Shown here: positions 58,695-64,000 of the stretch, piece by piece
Layout: each line of letters starts with the position of its first letter
How positions within the stretch are numbered: position 1 is the first letter of the stretch
NCBI GenBank assembly: GCA_028288085.1
Contig: JAQBOK010000023.1
Location: forward strand, 19 to 64,018
DNA length: 64,000 nt
From: Mucilaginibacter sp.
GTDB taxonomy: Bacteria; Bacteroidota; Bacteroidia; Sphingobacteriales; Sphingobacteriaceae
Reading direction: 5' to 3'
Translations under genes and position numbers: made by a program
The notes under the pieces: model-generated
What the model saw: the letters and a program-made list of their open reading frames with translations, nothing else
Databases searched by the model: none
Told to the model about the DNA's origin: nothing

Positions 58695-59681
58695 ATGGAT
58701 GAAATGCCTGTTATTTTACAGCAGGATCTGGACCCGGTAATTGAAGAACTGCTTAAAACAAAGTTTAATGATGAGCATAATGCATCGTTTTTTGTCCCGG
58801 CATTCCAGTCCCGGCTTAATGAACTTGTAAGGTTAGTGTCTTTTTCAGACACTAACCCCATGATGATTAAAGAGCTGAAATTCATCATTGGCGAACTTCC
58901 GGAATTCAAGATCAGGATATATGATACCGCACCTGATTTTAATAAGCCTGTGCTGGTTTACTTTCACGGTGGCAACTGGGTGGCGGGTAACCTCGAAACC
59001 TGTGATCATATTTGTCGTACCCTCGCTGAAGGAAGCGGTTACACCGTTGTTTCAGTGGATTACGCACTCGCGCCTGAATATCATTTCCCGGTTCCTTTGT
59101 ATCAGGGGCTCGAGGTGATCAATTGGATAAAGAAACAGGGACTCTACTTTGGAATGGATCATAAAAGGATTGTTGTTGGCGGAGATAATGCAGGTGGTAA
59201 TATTGCAGCTGGCTTGGTTAATCTGTTGCACCATACCAGGGGAGATAAATTGTTTGGGCAATTGTTGATCTGCCCGGCTCTTGAATACTATTTTGATACC
59301 CCGTCATATCTTGAATATGATGAAGGCTATCTAATTTCAAGGGCCGTGATGCAGCAAAGCTGGAGAATGTATTTGGAGAAAATTGAGGACGGCCATAGCG
59401 AATTTGCATCACCTGTGTTGGCAGGTAGTGTGGCGCATGCGCCCCCAACTCTGATTTATACTGCCGGATATGATCCCTTAAGAGATGAGGCCGAAAAATA
59501 CGCGGTTCGTTTGCAGCAAGAGGGGGTAACTGTCTCCCTTAAATGCTACAGGAGTGTAACTCATTATTTTTGGCTGATGGGTGGCATCCTTAACACAGCA
59601 TGTAAGGCGCATAAAAGCGCAATAGACTTTCTCTTAAGTATTAATACACGTGACCAGACTCATAAAATTACCGGGAAATAG
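58695..59681 (+). CDS. HSL-family alpha/beta hydrolase with GDNAG in place of GDSAG
   Basis: YFHGGNW, VSVDYALAPE, GGDNAGGNIA, YDPLRDE, VTHYF. Confidence 0.85.
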   Translation: MDEMPVILQQDLDPVIEELLKTKFNDEHNASFFVPAFQSRLNELVRLVSFSDTNPMMIKELKFIIGELPEFKIRIYDTAPDFNKPVLVYFHGGNWVAGNLETCDHICRTLAEGSGYTVVSVDYALAPEYHFPVPLYQGLEVINWIKKQGLYFGMDHKRIVVGGDNAGGNIAAGLVNLLHHTRGDKLFGQLLICPALEYYFDTPSYLEYDEGYLISRAVMQQSWRMYLEKIEDGHSEFASPVLAGSVAHAPPTLIYTAGYDPLRDEAEKYAVRLQQEGVTVSLKCYRSVTHYFWLMGGILNTACKAHKSAIDFLLSINTRDQTHKITGK

Positions 59682-59726
59682 TCAAACTATTTGTAAGATG
59701 TCACATATCTATCGCGAGTCATAGAT

Positions 59727-60929
59727 TTAAACACCCTTTACTTTGAGCTTGTCTATTTTGAAGCTGGATTTAATTGCAGCTAAAAATCTATCCTTACTTG
59801 TGACACCCAATGCAGGGTTTGTTTTCAAGAAATCCTGCCTTACAGCCGAAGCTGTTTTAGCTGAACAGGTAGGGGTCCATCCGGGAGCCATTACGATGTA
59901 TAATAACTTATTCTTTATTCCAGCTGCATTTTTTACATCGCGATAAAGAAGTAATATTTCCCCAAAATACAAATCTGAAAAATTGGTGACATCTAACTCT
60001 CTTGAGATACCGTAGTTTACCTTAACCTCTTCTTTAATTGGTTGCAATGTCCCAAACATCCAATCCCAAATAGGCAAAACAAAAGCAAAATTTGTATCAA
60101 GATACAGGGGGTTTTTTGCATGGTGCACCCGATGATGCGATGGTGTAATAATAAGATAGCGCAATATGCCTAATTGACCATTTTTTAAAGCCCTTTCGCT
60201 CACATGGGTAAATACTCCCCATGCACTGTCAATAGACATAATTGCCAAAAACATAAGCGGGTTAACGCCCAAAAGAGTTGAAATAACTAAATGAATTAAG
60301 GTAGAATAATAGCTCTCTGCGAAGAAATGAACCCAATTTACGGTCATGTTTAATTCAGCTGGCGCATGATGCGGAGAGTGGAGGCACCACAAAAATCGTA
60401 TGCGATGAGAACTGAAATGGAATACCCATGTAGAAAACTCCCAGCATAAATAAGCATAAATCCAACTATACCATTTTAAATTGATGGTGAATAATCCGAA
60501 TTTTTGAATATGGGGCAGCCAAATCCAAAACATATTGATCAAAATTAACTTTGGCAAAAGTTGGTGGATCAATAAGGCCAAAAAAGATGGTTTATAGTTT
60601 ACTGAAACTTTTTTAAAGATGATTTTATACTTATCATAGCCTTGTGTATTGCCTCTTTCTTCTTTTAAAAGCTGAATGATAAAGAACAGAATTTCCCATA
60701 AAACACAAGTAGCGCTCAATATGATCAATATAGATACTACACTTATATAATACTCGTGAGTGAAAATAGGATCGACGATCGCACCAATATAACCCTTACC
60801 TTTTATTGAATCGTGGACATATGACCCATAGCTTGTAACCAGGTGATACATTATATAACCAAATGCCAATACGAAAATTACATTTTCTATAATTCTCAAA
60901 TTTTTATTCAGTTTTTCCGTAGAATTCAT
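59727..60929 (-). CDS. Sterol desaturase/fatty-acid hydroxylase family diiron membrane enzyme
   Basis: His boxes HFSSH, HSPHH, FTH, PSHHRVHH; NF...LPIWDWMFGT. Confidence 0.88.
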   Translation of the reverse strand: MNSTEKLNKNLRIIENVIFVLAFGYIMYHLVTSYGSYVHDSIKGKGYIGAIVDPIFTHEYYISVVSILIILSATCVLWEILFFIIQLLKEERGNTQGYDKYKIIFKKVSVNYKPSFLALLIHQLLPKLILINMFWIWLPHIQKFGLFTINLKWYSWIYAYLCWEFSTWVFHFSSHRIRFLWCLHSPHHAPAELNMTVNWVHFFAESYYSTLIHLVISTLLGVNPLMFLAIMSIDSAWGVFTHVSERALKNGQLGILRYLIITPSHHRVHHAKNPLYLDTNFAFVLPIWDWMFGTLQPIKEEVKVNYGISRELDVTNFSDLYFGEILLLYRDVKNAAGIKNKLLYIVMAPGWTPTCSAKTASAVRQDFLKTNPALGVTSKDRFLAAIKSSFKIDKLKVKGV

Positions 60930-61338
60930 TTACGATTATTTGATATAATGGTCTTCAACAAAACTAAAAAATTCTTTATTAGATATATCGTAATACTTAT
61001 ACATTAAATTGCCGGCATTTGTTGTATCTAAGATTATGTATGCATTGAATTTGAGAGGTTTGGTGTTGTTTGATGATGGTTCCCGTGATCCGGCTGGTGC
61101 AATTTTAGAGCTTTTTTGATGGGTTTAAAAGGGCTTAGCAAACCTTTTGGACTAACTAAATAAAACACTTACCTTTAAAGCAGACTTGGCTTTATGCTAC
61201 TCAATAGTACAAAAAATGAAGATAAATGAAGATCAGGATTTGTAGATATTGAACTATTAGCCTTTTTGCATATTATTCATAAATACAATCGTTTCGGCAA
61301 CTCTATTGTCATTCTTTGAAAAATTATAATCAGGCATT

Positions 61339-63048
61339 ATGAAAAAATCATTACGGGCATTGCACCTGGTATTTTTTAGTCTATCCTTATTTATACTCTT
61401 GTCGTGCAATAGAAAAAACAATACACCATCCAGCGCAGCAATAAATGCAATTAATCTGAAACGGGGAAAAATTACCGTATGTGGTGCCCCAGGGAAGCAA
61501 TTCGGCTTAATCGAATTTGAAACATCATCTCCCATGAGTGTAAAAGAAGACTTTAATCTGGCCATAGCGCTACTCCATTCATTTGAATATGATGAAGCAG
61601 AAAAGGTTTTTGCTAAAATAATTGATGAAGACCCAGCTTGTGCCATGGCCTACTGGGGAGTGGCTATGTGCAACAATCATCCGCTATGGTCGCCACCTAC
61701 TGAGGCTGAACTAAAAAAAGGGTCTAAAGCAATTGCTATTGCGCAGCATATTACCCAAAAATCAAAAAGAGAATCTGATTATATTGAAGCAATGGCCTTG
61801 TTCTATAAGGATTGGGATAAAGTGGATCATCATACACGCAGCATCCGCTTTGAAAAAGCGATGGGAAAAACATACAGAGAAAATCCAGCTGATAAGGAAG
61901 CTGCTATATTTTATGCTTTGGCACTTGATGCAGCGGCAGATCCGACTGACAGATCATTCAGCAATCAAAAAAAAGCTGGGGCTATTTTGACCTCCTTATA
62001 TCCCGGCGAACCCGATCATCCGGGAATTGTACATTATATTATTCATACTTACGATTATCCCGAGCTTGCAATATTAGCCCTGCCGGCCGCAAGAAGATAT
62101 GCTTCCATCGCTCCGTCCTCTGCACATGCCCAGCACATGCCTTCGCATATATTTACAAGATTGGGGCTTTGGGACGAATGCATTAGTTCAAACCTTGTTT
62201 CTGTTTCTTATGCAAAGTGCTATGCCCAAGGCGCGGGTATTAAAGGGAGTTGGGATCAGGAACTGCATGGTATGGACTACCTGGTATATGCCTACCTGCA
62301 AAAAGCGGAAAACAAGCTTGCGAAAGAGCAATGCGATTATCTTAATACGATTGATGCGGTGTATCCGGTGGATGCTACAGACGCCTATGCTTTTGCTGCT
62401 ATTCCCTCCCGCTATGCGCTTGAAAACAAAATGTGGAAAGATGCAGCCAGCCTCAAAATACATCCGGCTGATTTTCCGTGGCAAAAATTTCCATGGCAAA
62501 AAGCTATTGTCAATTTTACCCGGCTTCTCGGGTTTGTTCATATCGGTAAAATTGATTCAGCCAGGAATGAGTTAAAAAACCTGAACACGATCTATGATAC
62601 ATTGTTGAAACAAAAAGATTTGTATAAAGCCAACCAGGTAAAAATTCAGATCAATACATCCGAAGCATGGATACTCTTTAAAGAAGGAAAAAATAATGAA
62701 GCATTAAAGGCTATGATTGTTGCAGCTGATATGGAAGACAATACTCAAAAAAGTCCCGTTACCCCGGGCGAAGTAATTCCGGCCAGAGAATTGTTGGGAG
62801 ATATGTTACTGCAAATGAACCAACCTGAAAAAGCTTTGGAAGCTTACGAAGCGGATTTGAAAAGGCACTCCAACCGGTTTAACGGCATTTATGGCGCAGG
62901 ATTAGCTGCTGAAAAATTGCACGATTTTAAAAAAGCTAATTCCTATTACCGGCAATTGACGGGTATTACAAGCACAACTGATTCAAACAGGCCCGAACTT
63001 GAAGCAGCAAGGTTGTTTTTAAAAAAACAAAAATATCAATCTACATAG
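61339..63048 (+). CDS. TPR-like alpha-solenoid lipoprotein
   Basis: Lipobox LLSC; LLHSFEY..A...F...DP.CAMAYWG, HYIIH, HAQHMPSHIF; C-terminal TPRs. Confidence 0.8.
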   Translation: MKKSLRALHLVFFSLSLFILLSCNRKNNTPSSAAINAINLKRGKITVCGAPGKQFGLIEFETSSPMSVKEDFNLAIALLHSFEYDEAEKVFAKIIDEDPACAMAYWGVAMCNNHPLWSPPTEAELKKGSKAIAIAQHITQKSKRESDYIEAMALFYKDWDKVDHHTRSIRFEKAMGKTYRENPADKEAAIFYALALDAAADPTDRSFSNQKKAGAILTSLYPGEPDHPGIVHYIIHTYDYPELAILALPAARRYASIAPSSAHAQHMPSHIFTRLGLWDECISSNLVSVSYAKCYAQGAGIKGSWDQELHGMDYLVYAYLQKAENKLAKEQCDYLNTIDAVYPVDATDAYAFAAIPSRYALENKMWKDAASLKIHPADFPWQKFPWQKAIVNFTRLLGFVHIGKIDSARNELKNLNTIYDTLLKQKDLYKANQVKIQINTSEAWILFKEGKNNEALKAMIVAADMEDNTQKSPVTPGEVIPARELLGDMLLQMNQPEKALEAYEADLKRHSNRFNGIYGAGLAAEKLHDFKKANSYYRQLTGITSTTDSNRPELEAARLFLKKQKYQST

Positions 63049-63178
63049 GAACAAGATAATAGTCCCTGATTAAATTAATTTTTCCTCATGCTAAACATCG
63101 CGATACAATCGTGACGCAATAGGCCCGAATAGGGTTGTGTTGACTGTAAAGGGTATGAAGTAGCTTGTTTGTGAAACA

Positions 63179-63214
63179 AAAAACAGCCTTCCTAATATAG
63201 GAGAGGCTGTTTTT
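63179..63214. terminator. Bidirectional intrinsic terminator
   Basis: AAAAACAGCCT/AGGCTGTTTTT 11-bp stem plus inner TCCT/AGGA. Confidence 0.8.
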
Positions 63215-63224
63215 GTCTTTTTGG

Positions 63225-63240
63225 GTGATCCCGCTGGGAC
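63225..63240 (-). mobile_element. att site: displaced 3' end of a tRNA (probably tRNA-Arg UCU)
   Basis: Reverse complement GTCCCAGCGGGATCAC is a T-stem 3' half plus acceptor stem; no upstream tRNA body; integrase starts 165 bp away. Confidence 0.7.
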
Positions 63241-63404
63241 GATAATTATTTTAACACGTAGTCTTTTCCGCTCTCAATTACGCTCATTTTAGGTATAAAA
63301 TGCCACTTTACTTAACTATCGTTAACAACGAAAATCAAATAAACTGCTTAAAACCGTTCACAATCCGTTCATTTTTTATAAATTTGATCAAATAATTTAT
63401 CCAT

Positions 63405-64000
63405 ATGGCCGGTTTTAGACATTCAGTTAAATTCTATTTACAAAAAAGCGAACCTCAAAATAAAGTGACACAGATCCGGGCGTATGTTCGATACAATAAT
63501 AAGCTGGTCATCATTGGTACGGGCAAAATGATTGAGCCGCGTTATTGGAATAATGACAAGAACGAACCAAAGCAAACAGCCAAGCTGGCCAATGCTGATA
63601 AGTTAAAATCAGATATTGAAAATATTGGTAAATGGCTAAGCTCCACATTCGAATATTTAACTAGTAAAGAAAATGTTTACCCGGAACCTGAAAAGCTAAA
63701 AGAACTTTGTTTGCAAGTATTGAAAACTGATGGCACCCTTCCCGATCAATACAAGAAGCCTGATAAATTATCAGTGGCGGGTTACATTAAACGTTTAATA
63801 TCTGATACAAAATCGGGGAGAAGATCCAACAGCAAGGGAGAGACTTTAGCACCCGGCACAATTCGACACTATAACAGCGCTGCGGGTGTGATTAATCGGT
63901 ACCTTAAACACTGCTATAAATCCGATATTGGTTTTGCTGAGATAGATTTGCAATTTTATTATGATTTCCGTGATTACGCCTATCAAGTTGAAAAGTTGTC
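63405..64000 (+). CDS. Tyrosine site-specific integrase, N-terminal part (runs off the window)
   Basis: Not in the ORF track. MAGFRHSVKFYLQK...IRAYVRYNNKLVIIGTGKMIEPRYWN (arm-binding-like)...TLAPGTIRHYNS...IGFAEIDLQFYYDFRDY (SAM-like domain). Confidence 0.85.
   Translation, partial: MAGFRHSVKFYLQKSEPQNKVTQIRAYVRYNNKLVIIGTGKMIEPRYWNNDKNEPKQTAKLANADKLKSDIENIGKWLSSTFEYLTSKENVYPEPEKLKELCLQVLKTDGTLPDQYKKPDKLSVAGYIKRLISDTKSGRRSNSKGETLAPGTIRHYNSAAGVINRYLKHCYKSDIGFAEIDLQFYYDFRDYAYQVEKL

Noticed and set aside
63225-63240. A complete second tRNA gene
   Set aside because: Only the 3' 16 nt are present; there is no anticodon or D arm.
1-64000. CRISPR array, cas genes or rRNA
   Set aside because: No regularly spaced repeat-spacer series or rRNA-like sequence seen.

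Overview
A Bacteroidota window, probably Sphingobacteriaceae/Mucilaginibacter-like (inferred from SusC/SusD pairs, TAnnTTTG promoters, Gln-after-signal-peptide proteins and REP-like repeats). Left to right: (1) an AT-rich minus-strand defence cluster, DUF6530 - stand-alone WYL - Shedu (DUF4263) - HNH nuclease, beside DUF2130 and a decayed IS110; (2) an orphan Hcp/TssD-like gene with a Sec signal peptide; (3) an alpha-glucan PUL (DUF6377 regulator, SusC/D, GH71-like, GH97, GH99/71-like); (4) mixed accessory genes (esterase, HipA-like kinase + DUF3037, HxlR pairs, orphan receivers, MATE); (5) a second PUL (SusC/D + GH30) preceded by a 7TM-DISM sensor whose output is an IS1595-transposase-type zinc-ribbon/HTH with no DDE domain; (6) tRNA-Arg(CCG), ychF, mgtE, OmpA; (7) a Bor-like lipoprotein/FAD oxidase/unknown operon and a J-domain-KTSC protein; (8) a multi-step two-component cluster; (9) AKR, a Ser-to-Asn alpha/beta hydrolase, a sterol desaturase and a TPR lipoprotein; (10) a tRNA-Arg 3' fragment (att site) followed by a tyrosine integrase running off the end. 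Strongest candidates for something new: the 7TM-DISM/IS1595-domain PUL regulator, the signal-peptide Hcp, and the WYL-Shedu-HNH operon. All family calls come from reading motifs by eye; no database searches were run.
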